From NCBI GenBank assembly GCA_030141605.1, contig JAQGDQ010000008.1, positions 1,636,707 through 1,700,706 of the forward strand: a stretch of 64,000 nt of DNA. The letters are read 5' to 3'. Shown in pieces: positions 1 through 14,168 of the stretch. A program made the translations under genes and the position numbers. Position 1 is the stretch's first letter. Each line of letters begins with the position of its first letter. The DNA comes from Tubiluchus corallicola. Taxonomy: Eukaryota > Animalia > Priapulida. The notes under the pieces are model-generated. The model was given only the letters and a program-made list of their open reading frames with translations. It was not told the DNA's origin and searched no databases.

Positions 1-683
1 GTCCCTAAACAGTCTTTGCGTTTTTAAATTATTTATACCATTGTCACTGCCCTATCCCAGCCTCCTGCATTTGCGAATTAATGTGAATTAAGAGTGGGTG
101 CTTAAGAAAACTCTATGACCAACAAAATGAGACGATGAAATCAGCGAATGGGTTTTTCTTGCAATCCGCTGCTTGCGGATTAAAAACTCGATACGTGCAG
201 GTCAACCATTATTAGTGGAATTTCCCTAAATAGATGTATTAGAATAGAATATAAGACCTATCGTTAGTGCCAGCTCATTATAGCTTATATTAACTTGTAT
301 CTGATGAACAAATATACCAACCGGCTTTCCTAAAATTGTGTAATTGACATTACAATGGCCTTCAAATATTTACCCACTTCGGCGGCTCTGCGTATACCCG
401 CACCCCATCTTAAGCACAGCGCCCATTCGCATGTTAGCGAATAATAGCTTGACAGAAGCCCAGTTTTGGCTTCACTCATAACAAACACTGAAACCTGATT
501 AGCTATGTAAAGACAGCTAATTGTAGCTCATGTATTCAGCAACAGGTGTCGTGTTATCATAGAGGCAACAGGACACACTCTATAATGTCATAGCTGATCA
601 AACAACAGCGAATCTTTTACTGCACAAACAAATTATTTGAAAACACAAGGTCATGGTCATAGTGTAGAGACTGTACATCCCGT

Positions 684-689
684 CCTCTG

Positions 690-745
<56 letters not shown>

Positions 746-781
746 TCTCCTCTCTTTCTCTCTCTCTTTCTTCGTCTTTTC

Positions 782-827
<46 letters not shown>

Positions 828-975
828 CTTTCTCTCTCTCTTTCTTCGTCTTTTCGTCTCTCTCTCTCTCTCTCACACTCGCTCTCTCTCTTTCTCTCCT
901 CTTTCTGTCTCTCTTTCTCTCCTTTCTCTCACTCTCCCTCTTTGTGTATGTCTTCGTTTCTCTCTCTCTCTCTCT
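684..975. repeat. (CT)n/(GA)n microsatellite, imperfect
   Basis: Visible runs of ctctct; these explain the spurious ORFs 598-876 and 637-1134. Confidence 0.95.
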
Positions 976-2608
976 CGGTTTCTGCCTTTAACTGTTCTCT
1001 CGCTGGGACCACCTATTTACTCCACTCTTCCAAAGAAACAAATATGTAATGGTAATCAACAATACTACTGTGTTTTGTGCACGAATATCATAGTTTGCTT
1101 ATTTCAGCATGTTTCTATACCTAATGGATTTTAGTAAATGCCACCCGTAGTATCAGTCAAGTTACATGTGCACATCAAGATCAAATTAAACGAAATAACA
1201 TAATATTCGACGAAGTGGCTCGAATCGGACGCGCAGCGCCTGACCACCAATAACTTGCATACACAAAATTGACTTGTTTCATTTAAATTTTAGTTTGACC
1301 ACCTGATGCACGAAGTCCCAAGCGTTTCAACTCATTTTAGGAAAAGTCTTCAATTTATTGCTTACGATCGAAATTGTATTGAAAGTTGAACTTTTTTGTT
1401 GTGCAGGGGAGCCAACTGTTTCCAAAACGCAATTATCATAAAGGGAGGGCTACGATGCTAAGATGAAAAACTTGTTGAATAAAGGTTATTAAAGGACTTT
1501 ATTTACTAGCATTCCTACGTTTATTTACTAAATTTTGCTACAGGTGATTAAAAAAGGTCATAGACTTCTTCATACGGAAAATTGGCATAGCTAGTTTTCA
1601 TGAAAAAGTTTTAGTTTTTGCACGTTCGTAGAATGAGATGCTAATGTTATAAATCAGTAGAGTTGTTTGTAAGAATTTATATTTAAACCCTTAATTAAGT
1701 GACATTTAAAAGCGTAAGACGTACGCAAGAGTATTCAATTTTGTCTTCTGATCAATATTAGCTCTGTTGTACTCATCATCTCCTGTGCAAAAGTCACAAA
1801 CTGGCACACTTCAGGACCTACTGTTGCTTTATTAGTAAAAGGGTCTAATCCTAATCGAGGCTACACAACAGAAGTAGATTGAAATGAAGCTTATGAGTTT
1901 ACCTCTAATGCGATACTCGTCCAAGTCCATTCCACAACGGGGCCACCCAGGCATATGAACTACAACGTTCTGATGGGAGACCGGCTGAAAACTCGGCGCC
2001 TCTGGATCTGGATTCGGGATGTCCGGTGTTGTTCCGGCGTCCTCGCAGTGCTCTCTGTTTGTTTCTCCCGCCAGGATTTCACAGGACGCACCGACGAGTT
2101 TAGCTGCTTTTGACTGCAGAATACTTTTGGCGTGCTGCAACGAGAATTGTGTGTTTTCTGACCCACTGTCCAGACACAGATGGTCAACACGCTCTTGCAA
2201 GTTCCCCACTTTTGCGGTTTCTTAGGTTCTCTGTTTAAATGTTTCTCTGCAAGACAAAATTTAGGAGAATGTTACTTGATCTTTGAATACCAGGTCCCAT
2301 GATAGGAGTGATTTAATATAATCTTGTCTCCGCAATATTCCAAAAACAGCGAAAGGGTTTAAAGAGTAAAAACGCCGTGAAAATGAAAACTACTTTTTAC
2401 TCTTGGGGCATTTACGTGTTTGTTATACGTAGTTTATTACAAATGATTTATACTACACCGCGAAGGCGTCGATGGTTTCGTCTGTTTCAAGGATTCTTAC
2501 ATCAAACAAGAAATCTTGTTCAGATTCTTTGCATTGTTGGCTTATTTTTCAACTTAGGACTATAAAACATTTTCTCTCTGTTTTTTTCGAAATTATGCCG
2601 AATAGTTT

Positions 2609-2866
2609 CATAAGCGTACGGACTGACTTTTCCGGGGGGGGGAGAGTTGAGCCACTCTTGCCCGAAATATGCAGCGCCAACCAGTATAAAGTCCGTCGTC
2701 GAGTCTTGTCTCACCCCGCCCCATGGTCAAAAAATGTCCGGATTCCGGGCATTTCATTTGGCGGCATGGAGAAAGTTTGCGATTTTGTTTACCCGAAAAT
2801 ATGTGTTTGCCGAAAACGGGGAAGCTGCAGTACCCCCCCCCCCAGCCCTCGGCTCGTACACCTATG
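2609..2866. mobile_element. Non-autonomous hAT-like MITE
   Basis: Terminal inverted repeats CATAAGCGTACG...CGTACACCTATG with G-run/C-run subtermini; flanks aatagttt / actaattt look like a decayed 8-bp TSD (6/8 match). Confidence 0.65.
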
Positions 2867-3691
2867 ACTAATTTCGCAGAAATTGGATATACTTTTGGGC
2901 AAATTGCTGACGCCTAAATAGACCGTTCGACTTAGGGTGTTGTAGGTCCATTAGGTTTTGTGATAGAGGAGGCCGCAGTCTAAGAACATATAGGCTCGCC
3001 ACGCGATTTTTTCGAAAGGTCTGTGATGTTGTTCAAATGCGCGTACGCGGTTCTTCGTGCAAGGTTTGCTATTGTAGGGTTTTAGAAAAAGAACACATGT
3101 TAATATGAATTGCTTTTGAAACATCTGAATCAGGTCGAAATGATTAAGTTAATTCCAAGTGTCCTTTCTGGATTTTTTTGCTAGGACATTTGGCTACTGT
3201 CTAGTGCCTAGTCATTATTTTTATGCAGTGGCATTATTTCTGCAGTATACACTGATTATATCATAATACAACTGGCTTTTACTACTTTTTGTAAGTGTTT
3301 ATCTGTTAGCTTGTCACCAATTAACGACGATCAAATTAATGGCGATGATAAAAGTTGATGATTGATTATAGAACGAAACTACAATTGTCAAGTTTATGAA
3401 GCCAAGCTTTCTGCGAAAGAAACATGAAAAAAAGATCAGAAAAGGTGCCATTCAATGTCGTGAACATGGACAAAAATATATTAATTTGAGTTTACTACCG
3501 GTAATTATTTAAAATGCAATTAGGATACTATGTGCTTAGTTAATTAATATGGAATTATCTAGACTGAAATCGATTAAATTATTACATTCATTTAGTAGTT
3601 ACTCTGGAGTGAATAAAGTAACGCTGTATAATTATGTTGGATTGTTGTTGATTTCTTAAGTTTAAATAAATGCCTGCTTTGATTATAAGAG

Positions 3692-3770
3692 ACTGTGTGG
3701 TCTAACGGTTGTAGTAACAAATATATATACGATCTAAAGCATCCCAAGTTCAAATTTAGGCCCAAGACGC
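3692..3770 (+). mobile_element. Degenerate tRNA-derived SINE head
   Basis: A-box-like TGGTCTAACGG and B-box-like AGTTCAAATT at tRNA-like spacing; no intact cloverleaf. Confidence 0.35.
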
Positions 3771-4276
3771 AATACTGAATTTTCCATTTTTTTCTTTCTT
3801 GACTAAGATTTAAAAACTTAATGACTCATACTATTAATTATTACAATTATTACGAACACCATAATTACTTATAGCCTAAATAAGCAATTAGGATTTTAAA
3901 TAATTAGTGAAACAATGATGGTTATGTCGAAGATGATGACGGTAATGATAACAATAATGATAAGGCAAGTATTGTTTAAAGCAAGTCCAGTTTGAATGAT
4001 GTGATGAATACTGCATTTCGGTGCTTTGCTAATACTGTAAGCTGTTAATAGTAATAGTAAGATCAAGGTTACAACTTACCTATATATGAAAGACGATTAA
4101 GAAGATCACATTTAAAGTTTAAGCTATCACATTCGGCGCATTGATAATGCTTCAGCTAGAGCCTGTAAAGAATATTGTGTTAGCAACATCAGTTTTCTCA
4201 TACTGTTTTGGGAATGGTTTGTTTGGTCTTATTAAGGGTCAAGTATTCAACAAAATAGACTGCACTAAAAAATGGA

Positions 4277-4291
4277 TTATTATTGTTATTA

Positions 4292-4389
<98 letters not shown>

Positions 4390-4395
4390 TATTAA
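4277..4395. repeat. (ATT)n microsatellite
   Basis: Long tattattatt run; source of the poly-Ile ORF. Confidence 0.95.
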
Positions 4396-6120
4396 TTAAT
4401 TAATTAAAATGAATGTGAAACGTGTTTAAGGTTTATGATGCTTGCAATATAAAAATTGTAGCACGAAGAACCAAATTCAAACTTCCCGTACAATTCTCGT
4501 ATTCAAATACTCAAATTCAAATCTCTTAAACATAAACTAATCATTTAACACAAGAGAAATAGTTAAAAACTCCGCAGTGAGATTCCATACGTGTGTGTAA
4601 CAAAAACGGAATTGCACGCATATGGCAATTTAAATTTTGTGGGTTTTAATGAAAAAGTTTTACAGTGATTCTTTCCCGTATAGGTAGATTAGATTTAGCT
4701 TTAAACTATCGTTATCTTTAAACTAATAGAAAGTGCTGTGACATTTTAGTTTATATGACTACATTATAAGGCATAGTAGACGCAGTTCAACGTATTTTCT
4801 AATGTTAATGCGATAGGAAATTTCATATTAACCACCATATTTTTGGTGAAGCTAAAAAAACAGAGTTGTTTGCTATAGAAAAGCCTAATAACGTAATGCA
4901 TCTTCAAAATATGCATTGCTCACATTTGCTTAGTAGTAATAAGAATACGCGCAAGTTGGGAAATAACGAAGCCAGGTTTTTACTAGAATGGATTTCAAGA
5001 ACAATAGTAACGCAAATCGCGCGGTCACTGCTGATCAGTCAAGCGCATCGCTTTGCTTTCTTGGCCTCGCTTGGTTTGTTTGAGAAGTGAGATTCGTTTA
5101 GCGAATTCGCCACCCAAGGGAGGCAAACTGCCGATAAATAGGCAAACAGCGCATCAGATAATAGCAAAGCTAACGCTGATCACTACTCGTTTCATTTCAA
5201 TTAACTGTTTACCAATCCATGAAAAGATGATGACGTATATTTGACTTATACAGGCCCATAACTTCCATGTCTTAAAATACTGGAGCAATGTTATAAGAGT
5301 AATATTCTTTTTCTAAGATCACAGGACTTGTCAACCGCATCAATGATCTTTTAAGCAAAAAATGATAATAATTCTGAGATTTGCTTCGCGGCATCATACA
5401 GTGGATGAAACAGGAGATTTTCCTGTTATGTTCTACATTCAAAAAGGTGATAGAAAATACTTCCTTAATGGGTATCAGAAAGGTCGTAAGTCTGCCAAAA
5501 ATATTTTTCGTCAACTCTAATAAGGACCATCTAATCGCTTATTAATTTAGTTATCCTCGCTAGCTCACTGCGTTTATTTCTTTTTAAGAAAATTGGAATT
5601 ATCTTTAAAGACAAAAATACACTTCGCTAGTAATTGAAAAAAAATGAAAATTATGAAGTATAAAATTTCATGAAATCCTTGACTTTGAGCATACAGTGAT
5701 AAAGCTAAAGAACATTTATAACTTATTCTTCTTCCTGTGGAAAATCCAGGGTCGAATCCCAGTGGAAGAAAAAACCCTTTCAGAATTTTTAATTTATTTA
5801 GAGTTATCACTTGCAGAGTTTCGTGCCGCATAGCTTATAAAATGTAACTTGTTATGTCAATAACAAGAGAACGTCTTTTTACCTGCCTATTAATACCTAG
5901 CTAGCACGCATTATTGAATCAAGGAAAATGTGCCTGTTCAAACTTCGCCAGACAATCAACTTAAATCAAACTGTGAAACCACTATGTAAACTCACTGAAC
6001 AAGAAAGAAGCCATTTTGATGACAGTCGGTGTTCAAGCAATAACCGAATTACGTCATGTTAATAAAAGTCTACGTCCGATTTGAAAAATTCGTCTCGTGC
6101 GTGTGTCTAAATAGACGTCA

Positions 6121-6771
6121 GGACTAGGAATCGAAAAGATTTTCTTAACTTCTTTAGATAAAGAGAAAAGGCAATGAGTAGTGAATTCTGTGTTACCAAG
6201 TTCTATTGTACTACATAATGTAAGTCTTATTGACAATTGCTACCCTTAATTGCTCACTAACAGCAATATAGCTGAATGGGTGGCTGAGTGATTTTTTAGC
6301 TCATCGCCATCCATCCGCTACCAATGTGTCTTTTCTGTAATTTACTATTCGTCACGTAAATTTATTTTTTAAACTATATCATTCATTCTTGCACTGATTA
6401 TATTGTAGAAAGGTGAAAAATAAACCTTCCTCCTTACTTAATTATTTGCTTATTTACTTACTTACTTACCTTACCTTACCTTAACTTACTTTATCTTACC
6501 TTACCTTAGTTTAAATGATATAGTTTAAAAAAATAAATTTACGTGACGAATAGTAAATTACAGAAGAGACACATTGGTGGCGGATGGATGGCGATGAGCT
6601 AAAAAATCAGTCAGCCACCCCTTCAGCTATATTGCTGTTACAGAGTAATTAAGTGTAGCAATTGTCAGTAAGACTTACATTATGTAGTACAATAGAACTT
6701 GCTAATACAGAATTCACTACTCATTGCCTTTTCTCTTAAGAAGATAAGAAATTCTTTTCGATTCCTAATCC
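6121..6771. repeat. Long inverted repeat (~260-bp arms, ~130-bp spacer); foldback or retroelement-derived
   Basis: 6121-6383 is the reverse complement of 6514-6771 with scattered substitutions and small indels, e.g. gctcatcgccatccatccgctaccaatgtgtc vs gacacattggtggcggatggatggcgatgagc. Confidence 0.9.
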
Positions 6772-7100
6772 TTACCTTACCTTACCTTACCTTACCTTAC
6801 CTTACCTTACCTTACCTTACCTTACCTTACCTTACCTTACCTTACCTTACCTTACCTTACCTTACCTTACTTACTTATTTACTTACTTACTTGTTTACTT
6901 CTTTCCTTCCTTCCTTCCTTAATTACTTACTTATTTACTTACTTACTTTCTTACCTACCTACCTTCCTACCTACCTATCTACCTACCTACTTACCTACCT
7001 ACCTGCCTACCTGTCTACCTACCTACCTACCTACCTACCTACCTACCTACCTACCTACCTACCTACCTACCTACTTACTTACTTACCTATTTATTTATTT
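6769..7100. repeat. (CCTTA)n followed by (CCTA)n/(CTTA)n microsatellites
   Basis: About 20 perfect ccttaccttac units, then tetranucleotide arrays. Confidence 0.95.
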
Positions 7101-8849
7101 ACCTGCTTATTATTAAGCAACTTACGCCTGTAATTGTGAATAGTCATGCGATTGCGTACATGCACACTATAAATAAACTAAACCTCAAAAAATAATTCTA
7201 ATGTTTTGTAAAACGCGTAAAATGCACCCACAAGCGCGGAGTTCGCGTGCGTTATTCAATTACGTGCGAAGTTTGCTTTTGCATTCGTTTTGCAAATAAA
7301 TTGAACAATTCATTAGATAAGAAATTACAAAAAGTAGACCACTCCCAACTTTTAGCAAGCTTTTTCCGTACAGGCCAAGTCTGTTGTGATCTGTGAACAC
7401 CACTGAGAAAAAAACAGTAAACCCGTAATTAACTAATCGTAGTATGTAGTGCAAACACATGATATTGGTGGTGATAATCGTACTGATGATGATGATGATG
7501 ATGACGACGACGACGACGATGATGATGATGATGACGGAGATGATGTTGATAGCAATATTGATAGTAAGAATGCATATTAATAGAGAAAGAATTTTTTGGA
7601 TTTTTTTTAAAAAAGAGGCATAACAAGCCAGGACGTAATGTAGTATGACGTCACACGATAACTTCGGATGACATTGAAAACTTGTTTTCTGGTACTAAGC
7701 TTCTACACTTCTGTGCAGATAGGCTAAGCTGCCTGATTTTGCAATCACAATGCATATTTGAACTTCACCAATTCATACGATTTTCTTTCGAACTGAAAGA
7801 ACACGCATCGTTAATGTCATGCCAGTCAAGCAAAATCTTGTCATTCTGTTATTTATCACCGAACAACTTACATTACAAAATTATAATGGTTTCAATTTTA
7901 TGCTACCCATACAACCCTTCACCAGAAGCATATCAAGACTTTATGACGACCTAGGCTAGTAGTTCTGTCCCACCCATTTCTACCGTGAATTTATGGTCGT
8001 TTATGTAATGAGGAGATTAAACAGTTACTTGTGGTGTATTAGCAACATTATTAACCTAGTTTCAACGTGGTCATTATTAATTACACGTATTTGCATAGCG
8101 CTTACACTAAACACACTGCACAACTTCTTGTTATGCGGAAGTTATGTAGAAGATTCGCCCAGCAACTGCCTGTGGTGTATTATAAAATTTGGTCTTTTAA
8201 AAAGTATACACATTTTTTGAGGAGAATAAGAATTCTTTTCTGAAATTTCATGCCCATCAAACTTTGGCACCCTAGGATGTTGCCTAGTAAGCTTATTTGT
8301 TAATGCGCCACTGCCCTCCACTGACTTCTTGCGAATAACATCACGATGCGCTTCACTCTAAATAATGTGTGTTATTTAAAGTAAACAAAGCCACAAAAAT
8401 GGTACCATTGTTCTGCGGTGTGGCGTCTTTTATTATTGCTTGCACCGTCGATGAATAAACTTTTTTCTTTTGAATAATTTTGTTAAGTTTACAGTACGTG
8501 TGGCGCCCTCATCTGTAATAAATTAGTAGTACTGTATTATTGTACTGTATTGCCTACTGAATTATTGCAACTAGTCAAGCTTATTTTTCGATAAACCATG
8601 TAATTAATTATACGGAACTGGAATTGAAAATATATAGAAAGAGAAAGTTTTGCTTTTCTGAACAGATCTGTTCAGATTTACAATGGCGAATTCAGGAATC
8701 CTCTTTGGTAGGGTTGAATGAAAGTTACAGCAAATATATTGCAATAGTGATATGACGATTAAATTCAGGTATAGAGAATGATAAACCATACAGTCAAAAG
8801 TAACATCACACCTCGGCGACGTCCAAAATTTACTTGAATGTCTCAGCAA

Positions 8850-10520
8850 AAAGGATAGCATTAGAAGCAGCCATATACTGGCTTCGCCCGCCACTTAAGC
8901 AGCGCCAATAGACCTCTCAAAGTCACTAGAATTGATTGCTTTAACATGGCCCTTTGTTGATAGCTAGAGAACGCATAACACTTTCTGAATGAAGAATGTG
9001 TTATTTTGTTGGCGTGCCTGGTTAAGTTTCGTTGAATTAGTTTTGAAGCCTGTAGGTATAAAAGACGAAAGGGAAAACGTCTATTTTCCAGCCTTTCAAC
9101 TGAACAGTAGTAGTAGTAGTTAAAAGTAGTATCTAAAAGCCATAGATATACAGGAACTGTCCCCTTCTTCCTCTTTCTTTCAATCAGTTTATGTAAGTTT
9201 TTCATATTTCATTACTGTCTTCATATCTTTGACAGTTCTTGCATTTTCCGTGTTTGGGAACTTTTCTATGTCAATGATATCACGTTCGCACAGATGCTCA
9301 TTGATATTTCTTCTACATCTTGTATCGGTATTCGCAACAAATTGGTCGGGGTTGACCAAAATCGCTGCTCATCGGGATATTGTTGTTCTTGTTGTTGGGG
9401 GATTTGTGGAAAGCCTAAAGTTCCATGAATCGGCAATGAATCTTCATGAAACTTCACACGAATGTACTAGAATGAAAAGGTTCGCATCGACTGATAAGTC
9501 GAACTTTTGTTTGCCATTTTTAATTCAAGATGGCGGCATTGATGTTGCTTCTAATTTAGGATTTTGTTTCTACCGAGTCCCTCGATTTAATTTCATCTTT
9601 GGTATATGCCTGTAACAGACTGTCATCTTTTTGACTACTATTTGTAACATGTTGTTGCTACTCTTTTTAAAAAGCTAAGTCATGTACTTTTTCTTACTTT
9701 ATTTTGGCATATTTTGCCAAACTTTAGCTCAGTTTGTTTTAATTTATTCTCATCTTGACTTTTCTGTGCTCATACTATCTCAGGATTCAAAGTTGTATCC
9801 TATGTGTATAGTGTCAGTTAATTACTAAGCTCTCATTTCATTATCTAGTCGATCGATTAACGTTTTTCGCGCGTTTCCTTCTTCTACTAACAGATTTCTA
9901 TTAAATATCATTTTTTATAAATTCAGCACTTGTGTGATATTCTTTCTTTCAATAGTTAAAGCCCAGTATTAGATTTCTCAAAATGTTTCTCTACTACTTC
10001 ATTATTTTCTGTTCTTAATGTCGACGTTTTTAACTTTTAAGTTTCAGTTTTCCTCATCTCTTTCTTTAAACTTTTCAAATTTTCTTCTACTACGCCTGCT
10101 TCATTACTGCCTGTTCCAGAGTAGCAGTAGTAACTCTAATAATCTCTAGATGTTAAGTCTAAACATAACTCGGATGTTTTTTCTACTTTTTGGCTATGGT
10201 TATTACTACACAAGATAGTAATAATCATCTTGCTCACTGCTCATAAGTGTTTTTTATCAGTATACCTAATGGAGTGTCCAAACTAATTTCTGCCATTGCT
10301 TTCATATTGAAAATCGATTCAGTAACTAATGCTGGTGAACTCGATATAATTCACGTAACTTACCAAAATAACATACCAAAAACACTAACTGATCACACTT
10401 CATTCATGACTGTGATGTTTTGCGTCACCCAATACAGCCCTTATTGTATGAGAATTGACATCCTGACATATTACACCTTACATCTTCACATTGGAATTTA
10501 TCGAGGTTTTGTTTAAAAGT
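8850..10520 (-). mobile_element. Decayed non-LTR retrotransposon ORF1-like remnant
   Basis: Minus-strand, stop-riddled, Lys/Glu-rich frames, with a PHD-like Cys/His pattern near 10440-10490 (CNMSGCQFSYNKGCIG) and a broken knuckle-like KCYAF; weak motif-level evidence only. Confidence 0.3.
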
Positions 10521-12756
10521 TTACCTTTGTTTGTTATAAATTATTTCGTCAAAGATTATTGATAATATTTGCAGCAAAAACTTTTCTACTGCTCTTTCCT
10601 TTATAGCCAGACTTTATTTTCGTTGTTAACAAACTTTGGAAGTATTTTTTTACTCGCGTTCAACGGCTCCATTATATGAGGCTTAAAATTGAAACTAATG
10701 AATAAAGTACCTTCAGTTTTACTAGACTTACACCATTACCATTTACTAGACTATCTCTCTTCTTAATTGGGTTGTGACCTTATGTCTTCATGCCGGCATT
10801 CCACAATTGCTACCAAATGTCACAACTGTCTCTCCTAGTCAGCCTTTGCTACTGGTATCTCATTCTCCTCTTCCTGGCTGCACATGCACTGTTGCCTGGT
10901 ACTGCAGCTTTTCAAGCAAAAATTAGTACAAGCAGCAAGGTAAGCTGATGAAATAGGATGCAACAAGATGAAATAGGTACAATAATCAACGACAGGATTC
11001 CAAGCCCTTCTAAGGAACTAAGTAACTCTTGGTAATTCAGTAAATGCCCCTGAGGTGCCTGTCACAAAAAGGATCCCCTTCTTTATTTGAAACACTAATT
11101 AGTTTCACGCCAATTGATTGAGATAAGAACAGATGAACAAAGCTCTGGTGGTAATAATATTAATGATGGCGTATTTATGAGACAAATTACGCCATAGCTA
11201 GTAAGTAAACATGATAAGATCTTAGATAAGGTGCTTTGCTTAACTATGGACCAGTCCACATTAAGTAAAAGGTCACTCGGCCCACTAGTTCCACAACTCA
11301 TAGGTGTTGCCTCATAATGCATGTTTTTGAGTGCTTACAATCTAATAATTTCTGTTGGTGACACTTGGGTGGGTGACATTTTTACCACGTACGTAGTACA
11401 GGCTTCCAGAATCGAACCGGGCCAGGCCCGAATCACTGGTCACTATGCCAACGTTTGCAAAATTTTAGGCTGGACACCGTTCGAACACTGGTTGAAATTT
11501 TTATGCAGTTTGATACACCGTAGGGCGGTATCCAGCTCTACTCACTATGCCCATAGTCGTGACCGGTAATAAAGTCAAAAGAAAAAGTCACGGAAAAAAG
11601 TCACAATTTTGGCTAGGAAAAAAGTTACAAATAATTTTGGTTAGAGACAGATTATCTTTTTCCTGTGACTTTTTTACCTGGATTCCTTGTGACAAGGCAA
11701 AAATTACCTCATCATTGCCAAAAATTCTATTGTACATTTTCATTTTTGGCATTTTACGTTACATCAAAAAGCATAAGTGCTGAGGTTTTACATTTTGGAG
11801 CCTGGTTACTGGTTTCAGTAAGTCTTTGATTCAGTTTCATTCGTAGCCTACAGTGTTACTACGTCTGTGCAAAACCATCTTTAATATCGATATTGTTCTT
11901 CCACGCAGAGTGGATACTTGCCGGTTACGAATACATTGGATACTTATCATAAAGAATTTCTTTTTTAATGGCACAATACAAATTGTGGTAAGAGATATGA
12001 ATTGCTTTATAAAGGCGTGTTTTGCGGTACTTCAGATATTTTGTGGTGGTTGGACAGTGGACACTTGTAAATGGTCGTGTTTTTGAAATCAAAAAACGCC
12101 TGAAGTAATTAAAAATATTCATTAGGGATAAGGATTCTAAGTGATATCTAACTTTGTATAACAGTGTAATAGGTTTGGATCCTCATTAACTATGTATAAC
12201 CAAGTTAGTCTTCAACCATAAATAGTCTTCAGTCTTAAATACATAGTTATTTTATGCTGAACAAAGCTTTAATATCAAGATTATCAGACTTTTTTACTTA
12301 CACAAAACCAAAATTCTATGATTCTCGCTTTCGTGAGAAATGTAGGCGGATTAGCTAACAATGACTTCAAGTTTTTCCCACTTCATCATATTCATTGTTC
12401 ACCTACAAATAATGTTCTACTGGTAGCTGTTCTTTAGTTCCATTGTCTGTTAGAAATTTAATGCATTGCTTGATTCATGTGTTTGATACCAGCTTAAAAG
12501 CTTCTCTTTTTACACACAGCCACGCACGCGTGATTCGTGTGTTCAATTTATGTTCAGCTTGTGTGTGCCATAAACGACATACAGTTTCTAAAATTATCAG
12601 CCTATAGAGCTAGTTTAAATCGTGAAACAAAGATTAAGAAGTTCCTCAATAATAAGGTAAGCAGCAATAGAAAGGCGCGATGTGGTCTCTATAATCAGAT
12701 ATTTTTATGCGTTCGCAGAGGAAATGTTAACCACGGCTATCATATAATAAACGAAT

Positions 12757-13897
12757 GTAGGTAAAAATGGCACAGGAAAAACAGCACGGTAAAAATGGTA
12801 CAGGTAAAAATTGCACAGGCAAAATGGCATAAGTGGAAAAGTAGGTAAAATAGTACAGGTAAAAATTTCACAGGAAAAAATGGCACACTTAGTAAAATAT
12901 GTGCTTAGAGTTAGGATTGCAGTGCGGGATAATTATTTTAGTTATTTTTACCTGTGCCGGGAAGTTTTGCTTCAACTCAGTTTGCTTGTTTGTTTGGTTG
13001 TTTGTTCTCTGTTATGACAGTAAGCCTATTTCGCGAAAACTTCCAAGAAACTTTGTGAAGAAATGAATCTTCGCCGATTTCTTTTCCGCAAAACTTAACC
13101 GAACACGACGTACAAAAAACATTAGTGAAGCACTTCGTGGAAGTCTCAGAGGGAGTGTGTAGTACTTTTTTTGTCATCTCTACCTGGACAAACAACTACG
13201 AGTTAGTTCCAGTTTCGAGAAATTCTTGTTTATAAAATGGTGTGTATGTCTATAACCTTTATTTATTGTTATTTATAGCCTTATAAGGTAATTTGGTATG
13301 CATACATTTGTTAGTTTATGACCATCGCCAAAATTAAAGGTGAAAATGGTAGATTAACACCATGTGGAACATTCGTGCGTTCTTGATTATAAACTCATTT
13401 AATAAACGAATATTTTGTGAGTCTTTTGCTTGTCTATATAATAGCAATACAGGTACATTTTTGTATGTTTGAATGTTTATCTTTGTGTAAAATTTTCTTA
13501 ATTAAAAGAATCTGACGAATAAGTTTAGCATTGTTCGGCTTTGGCAGAGATCTGCTTCCTACTGAGCGCATTCCAGTTTTATTATAAAATTAAATGCATC
13601 AAAATAACATGTGTGCCATTTTCCTACTTTTCCATTTGTGCCATTTTTTCCTGTGCCATTTTTTCTGGTGCATTTTTTCTGTACCATTTTTACCATTTGT
13701 ACCTACTTTTCTGTTTGTGCCACTTTTTCTTGTGCCGTTTTTTCTGTGTCATTTTTACTTGTGCCACTTTTACCTGTGCCATTTTTCCTGTACTGTTTTT
13801 ACCATGCCATTTTTCCTGTGCCATTTATTTGTGTGCCATTTTTTTCCTGTGTCATTTTTACCTGTGCCATTTTTCTGCTGCAATTTTTACTGTGCAC
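12757..13897. mobile_element. Foldback/Mutator(MULE)-like non-autonomous element with inverted subterminal tandem arrays
   Basis: Left end has a tandem ~15-nt GGTAAAAATGGCACA array (12760-12890); right end has the reverse-complement TGTGCCATTTTTACC array (13610-13895). Explains the Cys/Phe-rich ORFs at 13541-13986. Confidence 0.7.
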
Positions 13898-13908
13898 CAC
13901 TGCAGACA

Positions 13909-13922
13909 GTTCCAAGGATAAC
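13909..13922. promoter_or_regulatory. Possible RFX X-box upstream of the Tctex1-domain gene
   Basis: GTTCCAAGGATAAC resembles the X-box GTTNCCATGGNAAC; about 250 bp upstream of a ciliary gene. Confidence 0.25.
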
Positions 13923-14168
13923 AACATCGCTTAATGGAAAGGACGGTCTAAGTTTCGTTTTCTCTTTTAGTCATTCCATTGGGTAGTTGAACAAATTTTT
14001 CTATGTAACCAATCCGTGCAGTCTAATAGATGTTCGTGTTCGTGTAGATGTTCGTACATTTTATTTAGAGTTCTTGCTTCGCTATCTTTATTACACCATT
14101 GTTACGTAAATAACAGAGTGTTTTTTGTTTACAGTGTCAGTACTACTTTTAATAACAAGCTGTTCATC

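Noticed and set aside
598-1134. RE-rich and SL-rich ORFs (also at 23006-23529, 27029-27661, 30732-31103, 36010-36372, 50878-51695)
   Set aside because: They are translations of microsatellites, with no domain content.
6769-6870. Possible interstitial arthropod telomere repeat
   Set aside because: The unit is CCTTA (TAAGG), not CCTAA (TTAGG) or CCCTAA.
11390-11452. tRNA gene (B-box GGTTCGATTC on the minus strand; similar motif at ~5750)
   Set aside because: No complete cloverleaf can be drawn; more likely decayed SINE heads.
13541-13986. Cys/His/Phe-rich ORFs resembling metallothionein or zinc-finger proteins
   Set aside because: All three frames are open only because of the 15-nt subterminal repeat of a foldback transposon.
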